64,000 nt of DNA from the NCBI RefSeq assembly GCF_026210795.1, contig NC_089431.1, positions 5,642,001-5,706,000 on the forward strand. Reading direction: 5' to 3'. The notes under the pieces were generated by a model. The model did no database searches and was not told the DNA's origin. It was given only the letters and a program-made list of their open reading frames with translations. A program made the translations under genes and the position numbers. Shown in pieces: positions 40,112 to 53,838 of the stretch (its first letter is position 1; the number at the start of each line of letters is the position of its first letter). The DNA is from Rhizophagus irregularis. Lineage: Eukaryota.

Positions 40112-41831
40112 TATACTGTATACACAGTGAATTTCAGTTTATCTCTTTATCGGAACTATTAGTTCCAACAAAAAGAAATCTGATGTTTTTTGAGTCAATT
40201 AGGAGTCGGTTCTGCTCATTTTTTTATCTTGAAAAAAAAAAATATTAAAATATCTTTAACTCGTATAAAAAATTAAAATCTGTCGCTTCGAATCACGTGA
40301 TTTGAATCATTGTCGATCCCTTTTTTTTTTATATTCCGTCTTTTTTCCGTAAAAGGCTCATATTTCCGGAATTAATAACCTTATATCCCAAATTTATCGA
40401 ATTATTTACATCTTCCGTGAATGGGTCCGTGAAAGGCTCATTTTTACGGAGTTTTTACAGAAATAACGGATAAAATTTGTTATAGGGCTTAGGGACTGTA
40501 GTTGTTATAATTTTATTGAAGCGATCGGACGATCGGCATCATTCGGAAAATGTGATGCAATTACCGTACATCTAAAGAGCATGTACATATTCCGTCAACG
40601 GAAAAAGACATCTACAGTTTTGACGTGGAAAACTTACCAGCAAAGCTTTATCCGCTATTTCTATAAGTTAACCTGGTCGATTTCGGATCCAACTATTTGC
40701 ATTGTTTGAAAAACTCAACATAATTCATTACGAAAATATTCAAAGAGATTCAAAAATCGTAAGGTATGATAAAAATAATTGACTATTTTTTAATTGTACA
40801 ATTTTATATAATGTTACGTTTCATAAAATATTTTAATGTTTTACAAATATTTAACAAAAAAAAAATAATAATAATAATGTTTTTATTTAATATTTCTATT
40901 TACAACTTAATATGTTCAGTAATATAATTCGTAAAAAAAATTTATTGAGACCCTGAAAATGTAAAATTCCAATGAGACGCAACTCATAATTAGTAATCAG
41001 AAAACAGAATCACAATAAATTTTTGTTAATAGATTATCTGCGCACAATCAATATTTGTAATTGTTCATTTATAATATAATTCATATTACTTAAACGCTTA
41101 TTTTTAGCAACTACGGTATATTGTAATAACAAAATAATTACACTACTTTAGGGTTTTTATTAAAATGTACTAAGTAATAATTGTAATTCATTTAGGTTTA
41201 TCTCACCCTAATGCGGTATCTTATTTAGGATTGTGTCATTGGGTTCGATTTTTTTGGGAAGTAGATCCGTAGCATCATATGATTTACATGAATTCAACTC
41301 CGGCTAAAATTATAAAATTTGACCGGAATTATGACATCATGACAAATACTAATTATCCGAGGATTCTTAAATCTGGACATCGACCTTACGTTCGCATCAA
41401 CACTCAATATTTTTCTTTCTTTTTTTTATCCCATTTTTTTTTAAAAAAATGATTTTGCATTTTTTATATGTCCTTAATTTTTTTTTTCTTCGTATAACAA
41501 TTGTTTATTTAATTTTCATTAACACAATTTACTAAATAAAAATGAACTTTTTAAAAGAATTTTTAAAAATTTGATCTAGAAAAATCGTAATTGTGTCATA
41601 GATTAATATTTATAGTAATCATTCTAAAATAAGTTTTCAAGCGCCGTTATTTACCGCCCAAGTTAATGTTACACAATTGAAGCAACTAAATTTAGGAGCG
41701 GGGCCTAGAAAAATGTAACGATCTTTATTTACCATTTATGGAATAATGTACATGCAAAATTACACATATATTAATTTTTGTACGCATTTTACTTTCATTT
41801 ACTTTTTAAAAAAAAATTACGGTAAAAAAAA

Positions 41832-43226
41832 ATGACTAGAGGAAATTCGTTAGAAAATGATTTAAAATTATTAATTAATAATCCAAAATATAGTGATATT
41901 GAAATTTTATGTCAAGATGGAAAAAAAATTTATGGAATTAGATCAATCTTAGCCGCAAGATGTGAAGTATTAGATAAATTACTTTATAATGGAATGAAAG
42001 AAAGTTATGAAAGACAAATTACTTTTCCACAAATTGATTCTAATGAAATTAAATTAATTATAGAATATTTATATACTGGATCAATTGATGAAGAATCTTT
42101 TAATAAAGATAATATTATTGAAGCTTATTTAGCAGCAGATTATTTTCAATTAACAGAACTTCAAAAACTTCTTTTAGAATCTATTAAAATTATTTCAGAA
42201 AAAAAGAATTTATCCCCTGAATTATTATCAAAAACCGTTGTAAAATTACCTACTTTAGTAGATAATGAATTACTTAGTTTATTGACAGAATCTGTAGCAT
42301 TGATTCCTTTAAATTCTATTGCAATTGGTAGATTATCTTTCTCAGCACTTCTTCATGTTTTATCATTTACGTACGAAAATGAAATATTATTTATGACATC
42401 AGAATACAATGTATTTAGATATAGTGTAATTATGGCAGCAAAAAAAGTATCTGATAATGCGGTAGAAATTATTGAAACGGTTTTACCAGATATAAACAAG
42501 GAAGATGTTACAACTCATAGTTATATGGAAATTGATGATTTTAATATTTATCGACAACAAATTATTGAAGAATTAAATCCTTTAATTAAGTATATTGATT
42601 TTAAACTTATTCATGGTAATGTTTTGGCTAATATTATTGAACCTTTAAACATTATTCCTATGCAAGTATTATATGATGCATTTAGATACCACGCAAAATC
42701 AAATTACAATAAATTAATTAGATTTAGAGGTTGTAATAAAGCTATCCTTGTTTGGGATGAGACAGCATGTGGGTCGAACCTTGTTATCAAAGATAATGGT
42801 TGCGTTGTTTGCGCTGCTAACTGTGTATATGGTTGTCAAACTGTGAGGTCTAAATTCGGTTTTAGCGATACTGGTATATACGAATGGAACATTATTATTG
42901 AAAAATATTGTGCCAATTCATGGATAGGAATTTGTGAAGCTGTTAATGTTGATTATGAAAAATGGGCAGGGGTTCAAGCAAATGCATGGGTTTTAGGATC
43001 AAATGGTAGTTGTTATAATAATTTTATAGAAACAATTGGTTATTGTCCACCATTTGGTGAGGGTGATATAATTACTGTACACTTAAATATGAATGAAAGG
43101 TCATGTGCATTTTCTATTAATGGGAGAAGATATCCGCCAGTTTCTGCATGGAAAAACTTACCAACAAAACTTTATCCTGTTGTTTCTTTATTTCGTCCCG
43201 GTCAATTTAGAATTCAACTACATTAA
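41832..43226 (+). CDS. BTB/POZ - SPRY(B30.2) protein
   Basis: 464 aa. BTB domain (YSDIEILC...ILAARC..L...GMKES...IIEYLYTG...AADYFQL) and C-terminal SPRY (GIYEW..I...WIGIC...GDIITVHLNM....FSING...LYPVVSL). Confidence 0.9.
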   Translation: MTRGNSLENDLKLLINNPKYSDIEILCQDGKKIYGIRSILAARCEVLDKLLYNGMKESYERQITFPQIDSNEIKLIIEYLYTGSIDEESFNKDNIIEAYLAADYFQLTELQKLLLESIKIISEKKNLSPELLSKTVVKLPTLVDNELLSLLTESVALIPLNSIAIGRLSFSALLHVLSFTYENEILFMTSEYNVFRYSVIMAAKKVSDNAVEIIETVLPDINKEDVTTHSYMEIDDFNIYRQQIIEELNPLIKYIDFKLIHGNVLANIIEPLNIIPMQVLYDAFRYHAKSNYNKLIRFRGCNKAILVWDETACGSNLVIKDNGCVVCAANCVYGCQTVRSKFGFSDTGIYEWNIIIEKYCANSWIGICEAVNVDYEKWAGVQANAWVLGSNGSCYNNFIETIGYCPPFGEGDIITVHLNMNERSCAFSINGRRYPPVSAWKNLPTKLYPVVSLFRPGQFRIQLH

Positions 43227-45779
43227 GCTAGGTATCTTTTGTTAATATTTAAAAGCAAAAAGTTTTTATTTTATTTTTTTGATAAGTTAATTGATAAATT
43301 AGAGATTAAAAATATTACTTTTTTTTTATTAACGAAAAAGTCCTTTAGAATAGTTTAAGTAGTATAAGGATTGAGTAAATCGTAGAAAACAAACAATTTT
43401 TTAAAGATCTTTTTACAAAATAAAATTATTTATTTGTAACGATAAATAAAATAAAAAATTTTGAAAATTTTTTTTATTTTTTTCTTACAAATTCTTCGCA
43501 TCATGTAGTGGGCGTTTTTCTAAATTTATATTGTAAAAATACCGAATTTAATGTGTTACTTTGGTGTAATTAATTATACAGGGGAGTATAGATATCCCTC
43601 AAAGTGGCTAAATGGTGTAACTATCTAAGTAGCAAAATGCTTTCGTAAATTTAAATTTCGCAGGGATTTTCTTAGTTATGTTTTAAAAAAAAGGCTGGCG
43701 TGGAAAAGTACTTTATATCTTTTTTCAAAAAATTGAAAAATTAGACCCTTCTTTATATATTCTTAGACAGCTGTACAAATAACGCGATATTGTCAATCAA
43801 CCCATTTGATTTCTTTAAAAGGTTATATTTTATATATTTTAAGGTTTTGAAAATTCTATCGAGGTTAACATGATATATTGATATTCCACAACGCCGATTT
43901 ACTCGCAAAAAAGAATTTGGCGAAGAATCGTCCGAGAAGTAAATTTTGCGTCCGATAGGAACGCATTAAAGTCGAGGTACGAGAATTTTAAAACGTTTAT
44001 TGGATGTGAGAACATTGTTTGCAATTACAGAAAATTTTCTTTAGACTTACACTAATTTTATTGTTGTAAAAACAAGTCTTAGCATCGTTTAAGAATCTTA
44101 CTAATTTTTTTACAATATCATACAGTATATATAATAAAGCTACAATAGGTACTGTACGTAGGATAGCCATAAGGGAAAGTGATATGTGTAATGTTTGTGT
44201 CAATATTAATTCATAAAAATTTCGTATTTATTTCAAAAAAAAAAAATTTGAAAGCGATGTTATTTAAATACAACCATTTTCGTACTAATAAAAATTCTAA
44301 ACCATAAATGGTTAATTACTCACCACATGCAATATTAAAAAAACCTTGACGCAATGTTAATAATCCCACGCCTCATCTCCAAATTCATACAAGCACCTTT
44401 TGCGTTCTTATCGACAGTGAAATAATAAGGTAGTTTCCATATAAGATAATTTAAGAATGTATATTTATATTGACTTCATGAAAGGATTGTATCTAGCTAG
44501 TATAAACTTTCGACAGTCTCTCGACGCAATTATAACTAAACTCGAGGAACGGATAACCCTCACCAATTATTTTTAAATACTGTACTAAAGTAAAAAGTAA
44601 AAATCAGTAAACTTAACAAAAAACAATACTACATAATACTACATATAATATCCGATAAACGTCCCCAATATTTTTGTTTGTTCATCGACAATTAACATCT
44701 CAATAGTTAAAAAGCATGTGATTTCCGATAACGAGAACTGATCAAAAAGTTACCACTTGTATATTTTCTTTTAATCTTACATTGCCCACCAAACGGTATT
44801 GATTTTGAGGTTGTAATATTATATGCTTCCTTGACAACAAAAATTCCCTTAATGCATTCCCATATTGCAAAATTCAAATTGGACGCCTAATATATTTTTG
44901 TAAAGCTAATAATCAAACATTTATAAGTGTAACCATTTAAAATCTTATTCATTTTTAATAAAAAAAAAAATGGATAATAATATTTCTACTTACTTACTTC
45001 ATACATTTTATGTCCCAATTCAGACCTTGTTCACCATCCAAAAAAAAATAGATCAAATGTTGTAGCATAATTATTAAAAAGGGGTGTTGGGAGCTAGGGT
45101 TATTACCAACCTAACCATGAAGACTCCCTCAAAGTTAACGCTAGTTTAGAAAAATTATCCTTAAAAAGTTTGATATTTTTTCAGTATTTCATATACAGAA
45201 CGCCAAATGGTTGAATACTCGATCAAAGTTAATACTGATATTCTCTTTTTTCATTTGCTTAAAGGAGTTGCTTAGAGGAGACCTACAATACCAAAAAAAG
45301 AATTTAGATATGAATAAATATCGAAATTATGTCATTCCATGTGATTTCTAATTTCTTTCGCATGAGTTATCGCACCATAATTCATAAGTAATTTTTTACG
45401 CATAATTATTTTCGTGTTGAGTAGTGTAACAGGATTACATATTTTTACGTAACGAATCAAAGCATCAAGTCAACATTGATAATTTTTATCATGGAAAACT
45501 TAAGTGATTACAAATGGTCATAAACCTTATTGGCTGAAATTGCATATAACGACCTATAATTCATACGTTCAGATGATCGATTCTATTCCTTTATTTTTTT
45601 AAAAAAAATTCTTATATATGCACAAAAGGACTTGAAGCATAAAGTAAGCTATATTTTAACAGTTATATCAATTATTTAATAAGCTTATTCTAGTTAATAT
45701 TTAACTTGAAAATAAATATTCTTTAGTTTTTATCGCTTTTATCGCGTCGTGAGCTTTTCTTTGAAGAATATTTAGTCAT

Positions 45780-46200
45780 CTTCGAGATTATTTAGTTAAG
45801 AAACAAACAACCTGGATTTGGAAAATTTTATCACGGATTGCAAGACTACTAGATTATTACTTGTGCAACCATTTATCACTTCGAAACTTCCCATATTAAA
45901 AATATTCTCCACGATGGGATGTTCAACAAATTCTTAATTTGAAGTATGAATAGCGATAGAATAATAAGAATTATGGAATTATGAAGCAATTGCTTCTTCT
46001 TACTTGTGGAGCTTTCTCCTACTGGGTATTTTGATAAAAATCGTCCTTATAAAATTATTATCATTTTTGATTACATTAATGACGAACTTGGGAAATTTTA
46101 TTTCAAGGGTACCCTCCACGTGTTGGAAAGTCTTATTGAATCAAAAATTATTATAACAAACCGAGTTTATCGTTATCAGATGATGTTATGTACGGTGTGA
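45780..46200 (+). pseudogene. Possible highly decayed kinase fragment
   Basis: LRDYL....W.WK...IA..L, then KNIL.HDG-like and LWELS-like traces in broken frames. Confidence 0.35.
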
Positions 46201-46694
46201 AAAGTGAAACTACATGATTAAAACAAATAAACAGATTTATTATTTTTTGAATTAAACATATTATTACACTTTGATTAGACGAAGGATTTAAATTTGAAAC
46301 AATTTTTTTATTTTGTTTCGTCACAATTTAAATTCTATTTAATGTTAGTTTATAAAATGGTTAATATTGGCGTTATCACGATATTTCTTAAGACGTAATG
46401 ATATCGGTGATTCGTTCATCCGATAATCCTGGACTCGCTGGAATTTTGAAATCTACAATCCAAATATTTAATTAATTGTTACTCAAATATTATCTTGTAA
46501 GTTTTTATGTTTCAATTTAAAAATATAATGTATTAGTGTGATAAAGCAATAAAAAAACATCATTAACTTTTGCGAGCATCTCTAAATACAATTTTTCCTT
46601 TATTAATTATTATTTGCATTTGTTTTGATAATATTATACTTTAAAGTATGTAATTCATCATTTATGATATTTCAACTCTACTGATTAATTATCA

Positions 46695-47627
46695 TTAACG
46701 ATGTGAAATATTTCTTCTTTTTGAAGCAGAAGAATAATCGTCTAAATTATCAGACGATATATCATCATCCTCCTCATCATCAGCTATTCTACGTTTCTTT
46801 GCATTACTATCACCCACTTTTTTTGATGCATCATTAAAAATAACAACCCTGGGAGAACTAGTTGATGATATAGGTGAAGCCTTGATTGAAGTGATTGAAG
46901 TGATTGAAGTGAATTTATGTAATAAGGGCATCCCCAATTCATTAACTAAAATATAAATATATTTAAACATTTCTTCAACAAATTTTTCCCATTTAAATTC
47001 TTTCATCAACTTATCCGCATCTTCAGGAGAACGTTTAATAATATTACGAACTTTAATATAATTTTCCTTATAATTTGATGGACCTTCAACCATAATCTTT
47101 GGAAACATATTTCTATATAAATTCTTTTGTGGATTTTTATTAAGTTTCGAAATATATAATTGTACTCTAAGATTAAGATATAAATCCCAGACCTTCCCGT
47201 GTTTCATCAAAGTTGGTGGTACGATGTAATTAAAGAAAGAATTGATATCTACTTTTTGAAGATCCGGTAAAGTTGGATCAAGGTTTGTAAATAATAAATT
47301 TAAAAAATGTGTTATATTTGAATGTATGATCAATTTAAATACTTCATTTTTGTTTGATATTTCAAATTTGTTAATATCTATAAAATCAGAAGATTTTAAT
47401 AAAGATTTTTTGACTTCAAAAAAGCACATATATTTTTTTATTGCAATCCGTTTTAAATGAAGAATATTGGAAGGGTCTTGATTTTGGGGTTTCTCTTCAA
47501 AATATTTAACTTGTGCTGTTAAAGATTCATAAGCTAAAGTATCCAAGATATGTAAATATCTTAATAACTCATCACCTTTAGCGATATTATCGGTAACAAA
47601 TTTATACTTTGGCGATTCCGCTGCCAT
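46695..47627 (-). CDS. Tbf1-like telomere-repeat-binding-factor homology (TRFH) domain protein, no Myb domain seen
   Basis: Ordered motifs LHILDTLA, FFEVKK, SNITHFL, FFNYIVP, LYLNLRVQLYISKL, MFP and FKWEKFV...YI resemble fungal Tbf1 TRFH as I recall it. KKRR and an acidic tail follow. ATG at 47627. Confidence 0.55.
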   Translation of the reverse strand: MAAESPKYKFVTDNIAKGDELLRYLHILDTLAYESLTAQVKYFEEKPQNQDPSNILHLKRIAIKKYMCFFEVKKSLLKSSDFIDINKFEISNKNEVFKLIIHSNITHFLNLLFTNLDPTLPDLQKVDINSFFNYIVPPTLMKHGKVWDLYLNLRVQLYISKLNKNPQKNLYRNMFPKIMVEGPSNYKENYIKVRNIIKRSPEDADKLMKEFKWEKFVEEMFKYIYILVNELGMPLLHKFTSITSITSIKASPISSTSSPRVVIFNDASKKVGDSNAKKRRIADDEEDDDISSDNLDDYSSASKRRNISHR

Positions 47628-48577
47628 CACGTAAATGACGAAAAGAAAAAGAAGAAAAGGTCTATTTTTTTAAAAAAATTTATAATTTTGGGTTAATGAT
47701 AAAGAAAAAAAAATTTCTTTGTATCGTAGAAAAAAAAATGAACTACGAGGATTTTTATAGTTTCAAAACACGTGTTGCCGCGTGATGTAGACATGCAAAT
47801 TTTGTACTTGCTTATTCAGCAAAGTTATAAACAAAAAAAAAAATTAGATACTTTACTGTGCAATGTGCATACTAATTATTTATTTCGTCGATCCGATATA
47901 AGTAAATTGTTCAGACAGATAATCATCTCATCAATAAAATAAGCTATTGATCATAACATCGGAAAAAGTTAGCGATATCGCTTAAATCCAAATTGAATAA
48001 ATGTTTGTAATATATAACCTTTACCATTTACGGGGACGATCATAAGGTTATGTCATTAAACTTGGAAATAAATTAAACTCTGGGAAAAAAATCTTATTAT
48101 TAGAATTTATTAAAAATTAAATTACATTAAAAAAATTAATAGCGAATCTCTCTAAACAATATAAGGTCGATAAGATTGTTGCAAAAAAAAAAATCAAGCC
48201 ATACGATAATTACGATATACAATTAACTTGATCGAAATATATGGATAATTCAGCATATGATTAACCGATGAGACAGAGGTAGAAAAGGAAAAAGGTTAAG
48301 TTAATAAAAGAACCAAGTAATTTAAATATTAGCTTTCTCAGAACTATCCAATCTCAATAAATGCAAGACAATTAGATACAATTATTTTTCGTCTCGACAA
48401 TTTAATTATCACGTGCTATTGCAGTAAAATCTTGTGAATTCCACATAACACATGAAGTTGTTTAAAACAGGCAAGTTTCCGTCCGGACGATCAGAACCTT
48501 GGCCAAATAAATATAATAACGACCCACACTTTTGTTAAGGCTTGGCATTTTCTCATTTTTCTGAAAATACGAAAGTT

Positions 48578-50365
48578 ATGATGGATGATAAAAATTTAAA
48601 TTTTAAACAACAAAGAATATTATGACATTACTATTGAAATTAGTAATGGTCTATATGTAAAAGTGTTTTGTATTTATATGGTATTTTAAATTATATCGTT
48701 CTCCTTATTTGCGAAGAATTTTATAAGAGAAGTGGCATATATTTAAATTGCCAGATATTTTACCTGCAACTTTTCAAATAATTGATTTTTAAAGGTACGA
48801 AAATAGTAAATTACCTATATTATCTTTTTATATTGAATATAAAATATTTAATCATTTTTTTTTCACAAAAATATTTTCATTTTAGGTAAATTTATAATGG
48901 GTCTTTCATTGGAGGAATACGCTATTTCGGATATTATATTCTCCGCCAATAAACTTGGTCTTTAAGAAATAATCACATCATCGATTTCAAGTTCATCATT
49001 TCGTTCTCAACGATTAGGCCGTTCCAAAACTTTTCAGAAAATCTGGACGTTAAACAAACAATTGTAATCGCAACATAATCCTTTTATTTGAAAATAAAAA
49101 TTTGGACGGAACAAAATTTTAATGGATATATAAGGTATATAAGACAAGTTTGAAGATGAATCTTTCTTGAAATTACAAATTTTGATATAGAATTATTTTC
49201 CAACGAACCAGAAAAAATTTAAATTAATCGTTTTTAATTCAATTACAGAAAAAAGCTTTGATTCACCTTATTTGATGATATTCAAGTTTAGGAACAAGTT
49301 CTTAAATGGGGTATCGTTCAGAAAAAATTTCATTCACGTCTCAAACTACAAAATTTCTTTCTTACATTATTACAAATTCCATTTTTCTTTTTTTTTTTAA
49401 AAAAAAAAATCAAAAATCAAATATGAACATTTATACAAAAATTCACTTTTTCTTCATAATATGTGGTTAATTAATATTTTCTTTTCGTAATACATCCTTC
49501 AGAATTTTACATACGTCTCATTTAGACAAAATAGTCCTTATTATCATCATATCATATTAAAGTAATATATAACTCAGTACAATTTTGTTATTTGGTTATT
49601 TTTGACGATAATCCACGCTATTACCCAAAATTTTATTATCAATGAATTCCTTTTTGTTGGGTTATCTATTTGATTTATTTAATGGTTCTTCTTTTTATCA
49701 AGTACTTTTTTTATTCATTTTATATCATGCACTTTTATCTCACGCTTATGCTTATTGATGCACCAATCATGTTCAACAACAGATTATTATTCCTATACTA
49801 CATGTAATTCCCCCTCTACCGTTGGTTTCATATAGAGATCCTTCAAGATATCCAAAAGATGATTTCAATGCTTTAAAGAATACTTTACACAATATATTCC
49901 CCTTATATTAGATTTTATAATTTGACGTATAAAAAAAAAATAATTAAACAATTCGTGATAATTTATTTAGATCATGATTATATACAAATAACAAGCCAGA
50001 ACAGAAGGCGACTAAAGAAATTGGATCAAAAGCTATTGATTCAAGGATTCATTACATTTCAACATTGCTGAATTAATCTCAAAATGGATTGATGGATTAG
50101 AAATTACTGACAAGACACGCGAATTCAAAATTAATTCTTCGTGGATATCGCGATAGTTTTTCATGTGAAAAGGAAGATATATTCCACGATATGGTCTCTG
50201 ATAATAATTCTAACGCTACGAAAGATAGTCTTTATTCCTTTAAGGATTAAAACTATATTTTAAGTCGAATTAAGGTGGAAGAATATGCCATAATAATTTT
50301 CCTTAGTTCCAAATTCTACAATTAGAGTTATTGTATGAATACGAAAAAGATTCTTAATTATGAAA
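48578..50365 (+). pseudogene. BTB-TLDc pseudogene
   Basis: Colinear similarity to 51024-52607 (gaatattatgacattactattgaa, aaatggggtatcg, aagccagaacagaagg, ttcttcgtgga), with many indels and an insert at ~49322-49835. Confidence 0.8.
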
Positions 50366-51023
50366 TGAAGTCCACAAATACATCTTCAATGGCAATTAAT
50401 TAGGCGTCCGTATCATTGCTCAGAGCTCCGAATATATTTTGGGTGCAGTTTATGTGTTTGGGTCCGTCATCGTAGAATCATATATTAATCGATTACCTTT
50501 GGAATACGGTAAATTAGTGAATTCTTCATTTTGTGTATTAAAATCTTTGATGATACGTGAGAATATTTATTTATTCAACTTAAAAATGCCTATTAAGTAA
50601 GTTAGATATTTAAATCAGGTAGCTGTATCAATTGACCTAAAAGGTTATATGAATTAAAATATTTCATACTACTCATTGATTTTCTGAAAAGATTTTTTTT
50701 TTTTTTTTTTTTTTAAGAAGGAAAGAGAAAGTTTGTTGGAGTAGCGAAGAGGATATAGATTAGGAAATTTTTTTATTTTTACTTATTTCTAAAAGAAATT
50801 GTTTTTTTACAAATAGTTCAAATAAAGAATTACATAATTTTCTTAATATGCTATAGAATTATTTTTGCCAATGATATCATGATGATTCAACAAATAAAAA
50901 CACGTGACTTTGATAAGAACTTATCCAAATAACCAAATAAGTAGTACAATACAAACGTATCCTGTTATTATATAAAGGGCTGGACAATTCAGTCAATTCA
51001 CACATTTTCTCATTTCTTCTGAA

Positions 51024-52607
51024 ATGGAAGATTATAGATTTTTACCAAATTTATCTCAAAATTTGCTTACAATATTAAATGATGATGAATACTACGATGT
51101 TACTATTGAAGTCGGTAAAGATCCTTACGTAAAAGTATTTCGTGCTCACATGGTCATCTTAACTTATCGCTCTCCTTATTTACGAAGAATTCTATCAACA
51201 AATGTAAAAAAAAATGATGGAACTTTGGCGCATATTAAATTACCAAATATTTCACCTGAAACTTTTCAAATAATCTTAAGGTACAATATATCAAATTGTT
51301 AATATTTTTTTTTTTCTTTTTATTTGAATAAAAAATACTTAAAATATTTTTATATTAGATATATTTATGGAGGAAGACTTTCATTGAAAGAATATGATGT
51401 TTCAGATATTATTAAAATCTTAATCGTCGCCAATGAACTTAATCTTCAGGAAATAGTCACTTATTTACAATCCTTTTTGATTGTAAATAAAAAAAATTGG
51501 ATGGAACAAAACTTTAATTTGATATATAAGACGAGTTTTGAAAATGAATCTTTATTGAAATTACAAAATTTTTGTACAGAATTAATAACTAAAGAACCAA
51601 GTAAAATTTTTAAATCAATTGATTTTAATTCAATTTCAGAAAAAACTTTAATTTCCCTTATTCGACATGAAAATCTTAAAATGAGTAATGTTCAAGTTTG
51701 GGAACATGTTCTTAAATGGGGTATCGCTCAAAATCCAGAACTTTCTTCGGATCCTTCAAGTTACTCGAAAAATGATTTCAATGCCTTAAAAAATACTTTA
51801 CAGCAATGTATTCCTTTTATTAAATTCTATAATTTAACTTCTAGAGAGTTTTTAAATAAAGTATATCCATATAGAAAAATTATACCTAAAGATTTACTTG
51901 ATAAATTATTCAGATATTTTTTAGATCATGAACATAAGCCAAATAATAAGCCAGAACAGAAGGTTGCTAAAGAAATCAGCTCAAAAGCCATTGATTCAAG
52001 GTTTTTAGATCATGAACATAAGTATAATAAGCCAGAACAGAAGGTTACTAAAGAAATTAGCTCAAAACCCATTGATTCAAGGATCATTACATTTCAACAT
52101 GTTGAAATAATTTCGAAATGGATTGATAAATTAGATATTACAGATAATATAAAAAATTCATATGAGTTCAAATTAATTCTTCGTGGATCTCGTGATGGCT
52201 TTTTGCCTAGAAAATTTCATGAGATTTGTGATAATCAATCTCATACAATATCAATCATTAAAGTACAAGGTAGTAACGAAATTCTTGGAGGGTATAATCC
52301 GAACATATGGGTTTCCAATTGGTGTCATATCGCTGAAAAAGATAGTTTCATATTCTCCTTTAAGAATAAGAATAGTATTGAAAACTATATTTTAAGTCGA
52401 GTAAAGGACGAACAATATGCTATATTTAATAATCCTAATCACGGTCCATCATTTGGCAGTGGCCTTGTTTTGTTCGGAAACGATTTTTTCAATATGAGTT
52501 ATTGTAAGAATATGAAGAAGTATCCTAATTATGAAAAGTCAATTAGAGAAACTGAAAAAACTTTTTCAGTAGAAGAATATGAGATATTTCAAATCACGAA
52601 GAATTGA
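51024..52607 (+). CDS. BTB/POZ-BACK-TLDc protein, 2 exons
   Basis: Exons 51024-51280 and 51359-52607. Motifs YYDVTIEVG...FRAH..IL..RSPY and TLDc LILRGSRDGF...FHE.CD...ILGGYNP...GPSFG...EEYEIFQI. Confidence 0.92.
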
Positions 52608-53079
52608 ATTGATTTGATTTTAAAGATTGAGTTATTTGGTTAGATGAAACACACGTATTTTATTTTAAAAAGTTATGATATATTAACTCGATAAAGTATT
52701 ATTTTAAACTTTTAATAGTTTCGTTAGAAATTATTTTGGATGTAATTTTGAATTTTATGTATAATTGGCACAAATATTTTAAATAAATATATTTTTTGAT
52801 TAATTATGTATAATGAGTGCTGATTTAAAAATATATAAATATACTGTATATTTCGCGAGTAAAATAAGCAAAGCACATGAAGCAGTGATTTTTGTAGTGC
52901 GGTCATGTGTGCGCTTACACATTTCCGCACATATGTATAATGTATGATCGTAGCATTGTTAATAACGTAAAAAAAAGGCGATGGGATTAAAGATAATCCA
53001 TAGGAAGACCGTATGCCAAATCCGAGAAGATAGATGCCTACCAGTTTAAGAACTTGCCTATTAAGTAAGTTAGATATTT

Positions 53080-53212
53080 TCGTATAGTCTTTCTTTTGAC
53101 AAAACACGCTACAGTAATACCTTTTTTGGCATCTTGAACAATATTTAGTTGTAGGTAAATCAGGTAGCTGTATCAATTGACCTAAAAGGTTATATGAATT
53201 AGGATATTTCAT
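53080..53212 (-). pseudogene. MYND zinc-finger fragment
   Basis: KYCSRCQKRYYCSVFCQKKDY. The first CxxC and the terminal H..C are absent. Confidence 0.55.
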
Positions 53213-53582
53213 ACTAGTCGTTAATTTTCTGAAAATATATATATATTTTTTTTAAGAAGGAAGTTTGTTGGAGTAGCGAAGAGATATAGATTAGGATTAT
53301 GTAAAAAAATTTTCTTTTTTTACTTATTTCTAATCTAACCTTAAATGATTGAAATGGTTTTTTTACAAACAATAGTTCAAATAAAGAATTACATAATTTT
53401 CTTAATGTGCTATAGAAATCATTTTTTGTCAATGTTATCATGATTTGTAATTCCGGCCGATATTACATCAACCAATAAAAGCACGTGGCTTTGATCAGAA
53501 CTTACCCAAATAAGTCAGTATCCTATTATTATATAAGGCCCAATTCCCGCGTTTCTTCATTTCTTCTGAAAAAAACAAAATA

Positions 53583-53838
53583 ATGGAAGATTATAAATTT
53601 TTACCAAATTTGTCTCGAAATTTACTTAAAATATTAAATGATGATGAATATTATGATGTTACTGTTGAAGTCGGTAAAGATCCTTACGTAAAAGTATTTC
53701 GTGCTCATATGGTCATCTTAATTTATCGCTCTCCTTATTTACGAAGAATTTTATCAACAAATGTAAAAAAAAATGATGGAACTTTGGTACATATTAAATT
53801 ACCAAATATTTCACCTGAAATTTTTCAAATAATCTTAA
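53583..53838 (+). pseudogene. Truncated BTB-TLDc copy (exon 1 only)
   Basis: Near-identical to 51024-51279. Similarity stops at ATCTTAA, immediately before the splice donor. Confidence 0.88.

Noticed and set aside
44780..45290. Minus-strand exon-like blocks as the missing Myb exons of the TRFH gene
   Set aside because: Splice-like sites exist, but the frames contain stops and show no Myb/telobox pattern.
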